42,410 nucleotides of DNA from a virus (taxonomy: Duplodnaviria > Caudoviricetes): positions 1-42,410 of the IMG/VR virus record IMGVR_UViG_3300032269_000163; one strand, written 5' to 3'. Numbering within the stretch: the stretch's first letter is position 1; every line of letters starts with the position of its first letter. Below are positions 28,059 to 35,837 of this stretch, one piece after another. The notes below the pieces were generated by a model. The model saw only the letters and a list, made by a program, of their open reading frames with translations, was not told the origin of the DNA and searched no databases. A program made the position numbers and the translations under genes.

Positions 28059-28235
28059 ATGAAGACAGTTCACATCGTAATGATTATTAATTTCGTAGTA
28101 CTTTCTATCTGGGGTGGTTGGGTTTATACATTAGTTGCTAATGAACAAGCACTCAATCAACATCAATATCAATGCACCACTGATGCTGAGTGCGAAGAGG
28201 AAGAACTTCTCGTTAAGGAAGGTAAACAATCATGA
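28059..28235 (+). CDS. Small membrane-anchored protein
   Basis: MKTVHIVMIINFVVLSIWGGWVY hydrophobic helix followed by CTTDAEC. Confidence 0.6.
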   Translation: MKTVHIVMIINFVVLSIWGGWVYTLVANEQALNQHQYQCTTDAECEEEELLVKEGKQS

Positions 28236-28360
28236 ACGACATTACCAACATTTACCAGGTCAAAACTGAAGTTAAGTATTCATTCTCAGATTATCTGGGT
28301 GCTGTACTTATGGCTTTAGCCATTGGTATTCCTTTTGCAATCTATTTCTGGAGAATGTAA
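28232..28360 (+). CDS. Small membrane protein (42 aa, not in ORF track)
   Basis: MNDITNIYQVKTEVKYSFSDYLGAVLMALAIGIPFAIYFWRM; ATGA overlap. Confidence 0.6.
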   Translation: MNDITNIYQVKTEVKYSFSDYLGAVLMALAIGIPFAIYFWRM

Positions 28361-28362
28361 TC

Positions 28363-28650
28363 ATGCTATTCCAAGCTATTTATCTTGACAACAATATGAT
28401 TGTCAGACCTGTTGTCGATGGGATCACTGAGATCGAATGGTTACATGGATGCCGCTGCTGGTCAATCTCTCAATCCCAGTTTCAACTGAAGACTCAAATC
28501 GCTTCTGATCCAGACTTTAACCTCTTGACCTTTGAAGAGTGGAGCAACTTCATAAGCTCACTGGATGATCCTGGGATTGTTCCTAGTAACAGTTTTAGAT
28601 CTACCCGTGTCATTCGTGACAAGTGGGACGCTAACAGAAAGGTGTATTGA
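28363..28650 (+). CDS. Hypothetical protein
   Basis: GGAG RBS; tightly packed. Confidence 0.6.
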   Translation: MLFQAIYLDNNMIVRPVVDGITEIEWLHGCRCWSISQSQFQLKTQIASDPDFNLLTFEEWSNFISSLDDPGIVPSNSFRSTRVIRDKWDANRKVY

Positions 28651-28651
28651 C

Positions 28652-28864
28652 ATGAACGAGAACTATCTACCTATTTGTACCAATTGTTATGGTGTTCGGG
28701 TTGAACCACAACGTAGACACATGGCTCGTCCAACGTGTATGTCTTGTGGAGAAACCTTGGCACGGAAGGTGCAACACACCATAGCTCCAATCAACAAGAG
28801 CAACTATATGCTCATTAGCAACATGGACGAACTCAAACAACTCAACCCAAAGAGGACAACATGA
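28652..28864 (+). CDS. Small zinc-finger protein
   Basis: CTNC..CMSC; start at MNENY (28652). Confidence 0.65.
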   Translation: MNENYLPICTNCYGVRVEPQRRHMARPTCMSCGETLARKVQHTIAPINKSNYMLISNMDELKQLNPKRTT

Positions 28865-29070
28865 GAATGAAAGACTTTCTTTTAGGCATTGAAGATGATC
28901 TACGTAGTAAGGGTAACTACTGCTGTTATTGCTTACAGCCTCAAGATGGCAAGATCTCTTGCTGTCAAGAGAATCATTTTGTTCCGTTTGATGATCTCTA
29001 CGAAGAAGATCAAAAAGCTTTGATTGAAGAAGTTACTACTGAGTACGAAGCTTGGAGCAAGACTCAATAA
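28861..29070 (+). CDS. Small Cys-rich protein
   Basis: YCCYC..SCCQENHF; ATGA overlap. Confidence 0.65.
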   Translation: MRMKDFLLGIEDDLRSKGNYCCYCLQPQDGKISCCQENHFVPFDDLYEEDQKALIEEVTTEYEAWSKTQ

Positions 29071-29220
29071 CGCTCGTCCTGGCAAGCCTTATCCCGCCAC
29101 CAGAGGTGGCAGGGGCTTGCGATAGGACTCGCTTATGTTCTTAAGCGGGACTTGTCGCCTGCCCAACCGCAAGCGGGGGCAGTCGCCTTCGCCCTTTGTT
29201 CTTTTTACAAGGAGATAGTC

Positions 29221-29415
29221 ATGCAATTAGATTTAGTTGATGAGATGAATTGGGAAGACAGTGACAAGGTTGAAATCATTTCTTTAGAGGAAGCTGGTCT
29301 TGAAGAAGCTCCTTTAGCTGAAGAGACACATCGTCACGGTCATGTGTTTCGTAATGGTATTCACGCATACCTTGATTGGTTTTTTGATGGATCAATAGAA
29401 AATGACGATTACTAA
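29221..29415 (+). CDS. Small acidic protein
   Basis: AAGGAG RBS before MQLDLVDE. Confidence 0.7.
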   Translation: MQLDLVDEMNWEDSDKVEIISLEEAGLEEAPLAEETHRHGHVFRNGIHAYLDWFFDGSIENDDY

Positions 29416-29560
29416 ACACTGGTTCATAGAATCAAATGATTACGATGACACGCTGACTAGCGTTAACATCGACACCCCTTTTGAAGAAGAGGGGGATAGC
29501 CACAAGCAACTGGAGCTGTTCACAACAGAAGAACCACAGCTTGAAGACATCAGTTATTAG
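29402..29560 (+). CDS. Small acidic protein (52 aa, not in ORF track)
   Basis: MTITKHWFIESNDYDDTLTSVNIDTPFEEEGDSHKQLELFTTEEPQLEDISY. Confidence 0.55.
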   Translation: MTITKHWFIESNDYDDTLTSVNIDTPFEEEGDSHKQLELFTTEEPQLEDISY

Positions 29561-29583
29561 TAACAAACTTGAAAGAAAATTTT

Positions 29584-29703
29584 ATGTTTCGTGTATATCT
29601 TTCTCAATTCAAACGATGGATCGAAAACGTTCCTGTTGAAGAAGCCTTAGTTTATAAAGAAGAAGGTTATATTGTAGAACGTATGAACTGGAGCACGCAA
29701 TGA
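29584..29703 (+). CDS. Small hypothetical protein (39 aa)
   Basis: MFRVYLSQFKRWIENVPVEEALVYKEEGYIVERMNWSTQ; ATGA-coupled to the next ORF. Confidence 0.55.
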   Translation: MFRVYLSQFKRWIENVPVEEALVYKEEGYIVERMNWSTQ

Positions 29704-29822
29704 AATACATTGTCATAGCAAGTTACCGCAAACCAACTGAACCAATGAGTCGTCAGGATGCTGTGTACTTAGTCAAACAACTTCGCTCACAAGACATCAA
29801 CTGTCATATCCAAGAGGTTTAG
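29700..29822 (+). CDS. Small hypothetical protein (40 aa)
   Basis: MKYIVIASYRKPTEPMSRQDAVYLVKQLRSQDINCHIQEV; GGAG RBS. Confidence 0.55.
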   Translation: MKYIVIASYRKPTEPMSRQDAVYLVKQLRSQDINCHIQEV

Positions 29823-29900
29823 TCCGATAAGGTAGCATTTTTCCACAGTACTTTCTTAGAGAGTATTGTGTAGGCGATGTTGCCTGTGAGGGAGAAACAA

Positions 29901-30350
29901 ATGGATGCTCACATGATGTCCACTTTGTATGCTGCTGCTACTGAGAGTCTTGTCTCAGATGCTTCAGCTACAAGTACATTCGAGAAGATGATAGCTGTAG
30001 CGTTTACGCACAGTTCAGTTGATACGTTTGCTAAAGACCTGCGTGACACTGAGAAACAAATCAAGAAAGAGTATGAAGTCAGTTCGATGCCTGGTCCTTG
30101 GAGATCAGCCAAGTCTGTAATCCACGGTGCTATGAAGCTCAGCATCAAGCTCATTGATGACAACGGAAACTATTGCGGTAAAACATTTCTTCAAAACAAA
30201 ATCCGAGAACTGAAGACTCCCAAGGAAGAAATCAGTGCTGAAGACTACGCCAACAAAGTTATTAAGAACTTGATGAATGTCCCTGAAGGTATGGATGCTC
30301 TCAAAGTGTTCAAGCTTGTGAAGGAATTTGTGAATGCGAGTGGTAAGTAA
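29901..30350 (+). CDS. Hypothetical protein coupled to the VWA gene
   Basis: GGGAG RBS before MDAHMM; TAATG overlap with the next gene. Confidence 0.7.
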   Translation: MDAHMMSTLYAAATESLVSDASATSTFEKMIAVAFTHSSVDTFAKDLRDTEKQIKKEYEVSSMPGPWRSAKSVIHGAMKLSIKLIDDNGNYCGKTFLQNKIRELKTPKEEISAEDYANKVIKNLMNVPEGMDALKVFKLVKEFVNASGK

Positions 30351-32140
30351 TGCTGACTAAAGGCATTGAGGTAATGAGATACATACGTGCAAGTGCTGGC
30401 AGAGCTGGCATTTCCGTTGTATTTGAAGACGCTAACCAACCTAGACATGATGGCAAAACCATCTATTTGCCTAGGATTGTTGCTAAAACCACAGAGCTTG
30501 AACTCAAACAGCTAATGGCATCAACGGATCACGAAGTGGCCCATGATCGTTACAGCTCGTTTGAGGTTCTCAAGAAAAAAGAACTTCATCCGCAAGGTAT
30601 GTTGATGTTCGTATGGAACTTCTTAGAAGATTCCAGAATCAACTACATCGAAGCTTTGGAGTATCGTGGTTTTAAAGACAACTGGGATGATTGCAGCTCT
30701 ATCTTGATTGAGGACATCCTTAAGAAAGCTAAGGGTCAAACATCACCAGCAGCAGTGATGATGACAGCTCTGTTTTGTTGGGAGGTAACCTTAACAGGTT
30801 CTATCTTCCCTCAGATAGAACTTGCTGTAAGCAAAGCAACTCCCAATAAAAAGGTTCTGGATGTTCTTAATAACTTTACTGATCGTCTTGCTGATTGCTA
30901 TTCGATCTTGGATAAAGAATTAGGCTCTGAATCAACCTACCAATTGGCTCTAGACATCCTCAAAGAACTTGGTGAGGAATGCAAGGAAGAACTGAAGCCT
31001 AAGCCTGTCAAGGGTGATGGTGACGGTAAAGTTGCTAAACCTGGTGGCAAAGAAAAAACAGAAAGCTCTGGTTCATCTGAAGAAAAAGGTGATGGTGGAG
31101 AGAAATCTCCTCCTAAAGACAAAGAGTACAAAGTCATCAACATCAAAGTTTCTGAGGAAGACTTGGAAAAGTTTTCTCTTTCTATGCACAACGAAGATGG
31201 CACAGACATGGGTAAGGTCGGCATCAACTTTGAGCCTGTGAAAGAGAAAGGCGGTTGGGATCTAACTGATTACGACAATTTTATTGTTGTGGATTACCCC
31301 AAACAAACAAGTCCAGCAGACTATTTCTTAGTATGTAAAAAAAGCAACTTTCTCAGAGAGTATCGTAATGAAGTAGAGCCTAAGCTTGTGTCTCAAGAGA
31401 ACTTTGCTCAACAGGTTCGTAAGCTGATCCAAATCAAAGCAAGAGTGCAACGACAGTACGGTGTTAAGAAAGGCAAACTAGATCAATCTAGGTTGTCTCG
31501 TATTTGTTTTGATGCACCTGGTTTCAACGAGCGTGTGTTTAAGAACAAAATTGACAACAAGACACTGGATGCTGCTATCACAGTATTGGTTGACATGTCT
31601 GGCTCTATGCAGGGCATGAAAGCATACTATGCACTGGCTTCTACATTGTTAGTTAATGAAGTTTGTTCAACTTTAAACATTCCTCTTGAAATTGTGGGCT
31701 TTACTGATGGAAAACTTAACTTATATACTGATTGGTGTCCAGTCATGTATATTTACAAAAGTTTTTCTGATTTAAAAGTTACTCCTGATAAATTGAAAGA
31801 GTATTTTGAGATAAGTAGTCAATGGATGCTTGGAAACCCTGATGGCGAAAACATTCTTTGGGCGCATGATCGACTGGTCAAACGCAAAGAGAAGAAACGC
31901 TTGTTAGTGGTTATGTCTGATGGTAGTCCAGCAGCTTCTAAAGCATCATCAGGAATAGGTAGGTTTACAGAGAAAGTAATCAGAGAGATAGAAGCTGCAA
32001 AGATTGTTGACATCTATGGTTTGGGTTTGTGTAGTACGGCAGTACAGACTTACTACAAAACACACAGCGTAGTCAATCAACCGCAAGAAATACCAAGCAA
32101 GTTGTTAGAACTCATAGAAAGGAAGATCATTAATGTCTGA
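30350..32140 (+). CDS. CobT-like protein: N-terminal HExxH domain and C-terminal VWA domain
   Basis: DHEVAH and NFLEDSRI; charged linker; GKLD..RL; MIDAS LVDMSGS; VMSDGSP. Confidence 0.85.
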   Translation: MLTKGIEVMRYIRASAGRAGISVVFEDANQPRHDGKTIYLPRIVAKTTELELKQLMASTDHEVAHDRYSSFEVLKKKELHPQGMLMFVWNFLEDSRINYIEALEYRGFKDNWDDCSSILIEDILKKAKGQTSPAAVMMTALFCWEVTLTGSIFPQIELAVSKATPNKKVLDVLNNFTDRLADCYSILDKELGSESTYQLALDILKELGEECKEELKPKPVKGDGDGKVAKPGGKEKTESSGSSEEKGDGGEKSPPKDKEYKVINIKVSEEDLEKFSLSMHNEDGTDMGKVGINFEPVKEKGGWDLTDYDNFIVVDYPKQTSPADYFLVCKKSNFLREYRNEVEPKLVSQENFAQQVRKLIQIKARVQRQYGVKKGKLDQSRLSRICFDAPGFNERVFKNKIDNKTLDAAITVLVDMSGSMQGMKAYYALASTLLVNEVCSTLNIPLEIVGFTDGKLNLYTDWCPVMYIYKSFSDLKVTPDKLKEYFEISSQWMLGNPDGENILWAHDRLVKRKEKKRLLVVMSDGSPAASKASSGIGRFTEKVIREIEAAKIVDIYGLGLCSTAVQTYYKTHSVVNQPQEIPSKLLELIERKIINV

Positions 32141-33257
32141 ACCAGAAACAAAATCAAAGGTCGAAGACCTTGTTAAATCAAAAATCAAAGAGGCAATGGA
32201 AAAACGTAAAGTCTCAACAACAAAAGTGATGGTTGATGAACTCCACGATAGCGCTGTAGACATAGTTGTTGCAGCTCCTCCTCCTTTTGAACGTCCTACG
32301 CTCAAACCAGGTCAAATCTATTTCTCTGACTTGTTCAAAGAGTTTTGGATTACTGACAAAGATGACTTTGGTGTTACTACGTTCAATGAAACTACTTGGG
32401 ACGAACGTATTGCTTCATTTGTTCCTAGTAGCAATTCTGCCTACGTCTTTGACGAGAAATTGGCTGCAAACATTCTTAGAGCATGGGAGTTAAATGAAAA
32501 AGTACTCTGTTACGGGCCTACGGGGGCTGGTAAATCTAGTCTTATTGAGCAGCTTTGTGCTCGTACTGGTCGCCCTTTCGTTCGGGTTAATTGTACTGGG
32601 GACATGGATACCTCAATGATCTTTGGTCAGTTAACGGCTAAGGATGGTTCAACAATCTGGGTAGACGGTGCTGTAACAGAAGCTGTACGTTACGGTGCTG
32701 TGTTTGCTTGGGATGAGTGGGACGTAACTCCTCCAGAGATCTCTATGGGTCTTCAGTGGCTCTTAGAGGACGAAGGCAAACTCTTCTTAAAAGAAATGCC
32801 TGGAAGTACCAAAGACAAACAAATTGTCCCTCACGAGCATTTCCGTATCGTAGCTATTGGCAACACACAAGGTCAAGGCGATGACACAGGAGCACATGCT
32901 GGTACTAACGTTCAGAACTCTGCAACTCTTGATCGCTTTGGCACAGCAGTCTTTGTTGACTACCTCGAAGCTTCTATCGAAGAGAAGATGTTGACCAACA
33001 AGTTCCCAGACACTATCACCAAGAAAGCAGCTAAGGAGCTTGTCAAACTTGCTAACCTGATCCGTCAAGGTTACAAAGCAGGTCAGTTCAACTTAACGAT
33101 GTCTCCACGTTCATTGTTTGGTATCTGCAACAAAGTTTCTTTTGGCATGACCTTAAGAACTGCATTCAATCTTGTTTACGTGAACAAGTTAAACGACACA
33201 CAAAGTAAGGTTGCTGACGAGTTGTTTACCAAGATTTACGGCAACAAAGAAGTCTAA
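32133..33257 (+). CDS. CobS/CbbQ/MoxR-type AAA+ ATPase
   Basis: Walker A GPTGAGKS, Walker B FAWDE, ATLDRF arginine finger, MSPR sensor. Confidence 0.9.
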   Translation: MSEPETKSKVEDLVKSKIKEAMEKRKVSTTKVMVDELHDSAVDIVVAAPPPFERPTLKPGQIYFSDLFKEFWITDKDDFGVTTFNETTWDERIASFVPSSNSAYVFDEKLAANILRAWELNEKVLCYGPTGAGKSSLIEQLCARTGRPFVRVNCTGDMDTSMIFGQLTAKDGSTIWVDGAVTEAVRYGAVFAWDEWDVTPPEISMGLQWLLEDEGKLFLKEMPGSTKDKQIVPHEHFRIVAIGNTQGQGDDTGAHAGTNVQNSATLDRFGTAVFVDYLEASIEEKMLTNKFPDTITKKAAKELVKLANLIRQGYKAGQFNLTMSPRSLFGICNKVSFGMTLRTAFNLVYVNKLNDTQSKVADELFTKIYGNKEV

Positions 33258-33271
33258 AACCACAAAACCAC

Positions 33272-33302
33272 AAGGCTCTCCTGCGGGAGAGTCTTCTATT
33301 TT
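33272..33302 (+). terminator. Probable intrinsic terminator
   Basis: AAGGCTCTCC-TGCG-GGAGAGTCTT followed by CTATTTT. Confidence 0.6.
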
Positions 33303-33313
33303 GGGCTTTAACT

Positions 33314-34105
33314 ATGATCAAACACAAAATACTCCTTGACAACGCTCCGTCCGTAGTAGGACAGCAAGTACACATCAATCACGCAGACTGCGAAGCAGGT
33401 ATAGACACCAAACGTAGGCTGTATATCAAACGTGAAGCTACTGCAATCGTGGCATATTGCCATCATTGCAATCAAAAAGGCTTTGTTAAAGATGTTGACG
33501 ACAGATTGTCTACCTGGATCAACAAACCAGCAGCAACTGTTACTAGTAGCAATAAGCCTGTGATAGCTTCCCTTACAACTGAAGGTAGGGTATGGCTGCA
33601 CAGTCACTATTGCGACACAACACACAGCAACTTCAACGGCATAGCAGGGGAGCGACACAAAGTCGCTCTCACATTACACGACACAGACAACCAGCCGATA
33701 GGCTGGCAGATCAGGAACCTTGCACCTAACGCAACACCCAAGTACACAACACATTACACCAGCAGCAGCTCCAAAGGAGATGCAGCTTGGTTTAAGGGCA
33801 ACAACACACTAGTCATAACCGAAGACTACCTCAGTGCTTACCGAGTGAACAACGACACAGGCTATACATCTGTGGCGTTACTAAGAACAGCACTGTCAGA
33901 TAAAACACTAAGACAAATACATGACTCAAACTTTGAGTACGTTGTTATTTGGCTTGATCCCGATGAAGCAGGTATACAAGGAGCAGCAAAGGCATACAAA
34001 AAACTAAACCACTTCCTACCATCAACAACAAAGATTATCGTGCTTGGCATAGATAAAGAACCCAAACAATGCACACCAGCAGAGCTGGAAAGCATACTCA
34101 TTTAA
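33314..34105 (+). CDS. DNA primase (zinc-binding + TOPRIM)
   Basis: H..C..YCHHC zinc site, VITEDYLSA and WLDPDEAG TOPRIM motifs. Confidence 0.85.
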   Translation: MIKHKILLDNAPSVVGQQVHINHADCEAGIDTKRRLYIKREATAIVAYCHHCNQKGFVKDVDDRLSTWINKPAATVTSSNKPVIASLTTEGRVWLHSHYCDTTHSNFNGIAGERHKVALTLHDTDNQPIGWQIRNLAPNATPKYTTHYTSSSSKGDAAWFKGNNTLVITEDYLSAYRVNNDTGYTSVALLRTALSDKTLRQIHDSNFEYVVIWLDPDEAGIQGAAKAYKKLNHFLPSTTKIIVLGIDKEPKQCTPAELESILI

Positions 34106-34114
34106 AGGAAATAG

Positions 34115-35380
34115 ATGGACTACGATGTTCTCTACCTTTGCTCTCAAAGCAAAGAGAACCTAAACAAATACAGGCGGTACATCAAACCGCATGTAGTGGT
34201 CAAAGAAACCAATGTCATCTTAGATGGCATGGACAAATACTACAAAACATTCCCAGGTGTAACTGAGTTCAACTGGGAATCTTTCTCTGCGTTCCTAATA
34301 GCAGATCAAAGCAAACGACTCACAGATGACTCAATCGTCAAGCTTCGCATGACATTGACCAAAGCTAAGACGTTTGTCCCGCACCATGCTCACGAAGAAG
34401 TAATCAAGACTCTTATAGAGTTGGACTACCTTGCTCAGATCATGGAGGAATGTGAGAAGGTCAAGGAAGGCTCTAGCGACCTTGAACACGTACACATACT
34501 TGCAACCAATGCTCTTAAAGATGTGGAGAGATACATTGAAAAAGACGAGTTGTTTGTTTCTGCTGATTTGTCTAGTATTGCTGATCGAATTACTAGCTCT
34601 GGCTATGAGTGGCGATTGGATGTTCTTAATCGTAGCCTCGGTCCTTTACGGACTGGTAATTTTGTTATTGTGGCTGCTAGAGTTGAGGTAGGCAAGACAA
34701 CGTTTTTGGCTAGTGAGGTTAGTTACCTTGCACAGCAACTACCTGTAGACAGGCCAGTTGTATGGGTCAACAACGAAGAGGAATCTTCTGTTGTGTTCTT
34801 CAGGATTGTTCAAGCTGCATTAGGTCAAGAATCTAAAACAATCATTGCTGACTCTAAAACAGCTATGGACAGCTACACATCTCTCATGGGTGGTAACAAA
34901 GACAAGATACGTGTTACTAAAGACATGAACCATGTTCGTGACTTAGAAACGTTGTTTCGTGAGGTTAACCCAGGTTTGATTGTGTTTGACCAGCTTGACA
35001 AAGTAGATGGCTTTAACAAGTCTGACGACAGGGAAGACATCAAGCTTGGCAAGATCTACAAGTGGGCAAGGGAACTTGCTAGAAACTATGGCCCAGTTAT
35101 TGCTGCATCACAGTTGTCTGCAACAGCAGTGGATATGAAAGACCCTCCGTTTATTGGCTTAGACGCTTTGCGTGGCTCTAAGACTGACAAACCAGGTGAA
35201 GCTGACGTAGTTCTAACAATCGGCAAGTACAAAGAACCCAAAAGTCCAGAGGAAGAAATGATCCGCACAATCAATGTTCCTAAGAACAAACTACCTGGTG
35301 GTGGTCCTAAGCACATGGAATCCGAACGTCATGGACAGTTTCTTGTCACTATTGATCCTATTCGTGCAAGGTATGAGTGA
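34115..35380 (+). CDS. DnaB-like replicative helicase
   Basis: AARVEVGKTT, NNEE, VFDQLDK, AASQLS and EADVVL motifs. Confidence 0.9.
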   Translation: MDYDVLYLCSQSKENLNKYRRYIKPHVVVKETNVILDGMDKYYKTFPGVTEFNWESFSAFLIADQSKRLTDDSIVKLRMTLTKAKTFVPHHAHEEVIKTLIELDYLAQIMEECEKVKEGSSDLEHVHILATNALKDVERYIEKDELFVSADLSSIADRITSSGYEWRLDVLNRSLGPLRTGNFVIVAARVEVGKTTFLASEVSYLAQQLPVDRPVVWVNNEEESSVVFFRIVQAALGQESKTIIADSKTAMDSYTSLMGGNKDKIRVTKDMNHVRDLETLFREVNPGLIVFDQLDKVDGFNKSDDREDIKLGKIYKWARELARNYGPVIAASQLSATAVDMKDPPFIGLDALRGSKTDKPGEADVVLTIGKYKEPKSPEEEMIRTINVPKNKLPGGGPKHMESERHGQFLVTIDPIRARYE

Positions 35381-35837
35381 ACGTTACACATTTGGTTGGT
35401 CAGATCCTAGAGGAGCAAGCATGACAAGTCCTACGTACAAAACAGCAATTGATGAAGCAGCAAAACAAATGCAACTGACTTTCTACAGCCCGTTTGAAGA
35501 GAACGTTCTTAAGATGGATTATGTTGGCAGCAGAGTAACTTGTGTACCAGCTCCCACAGATACAGATGAAGATGTGTTGGTTCTTACAGACAATGTAGTT
35601 AAGTTTATAAACAGTTGTACTAAAGCAGGGTTTGAAGAAACAGGTTCTTATGCAGGACCTGCTTTTTATTCTCTAAGACAAGGGGAAGTTAATTTAATCA
35701 TCACAGACGAGGAGGAGTTTTACGAGAAGTTTATGCTTGCAACCCATGTGTGCAAGTCCTTAAACGTGTTAGACAAGCAGCACAGGATAACTGTGTTTCA
35801 AGCAATTCTTTATGGAAAGGCCTATGGAAAACCATGA
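35373..35837 (+). CDS. Pol-beta-fold nucleotidyltransferase-like protein with N-terminal capsid-derived peptide
   Basis: VGSR..DTDEDVLV (GS..DxD) motif. ATG at 35373 overlaps the helicase end; an alternative ATG at 35421 has an AGGAG RBS. Confidence 0.65.
   Translation: MSERYTFGWSDPRGASMTSPTYKTAIDEAAKQMQLTFYSPFEENVLKMDYVGSRVTCVPAPTDTDEDVLVLTDNVVKFINSCTKAGFEETGSYAGPAFYSLRQGEVNLIITDEEEFYEKFMLATHVCKSLNVLDKQHRITVFQAILYGKAYGKP

Noticed and set aside
33256-33273. Short tandem AAAACCAC repeat
   Set aside because: Only two copies in a short spacer, with no further support.
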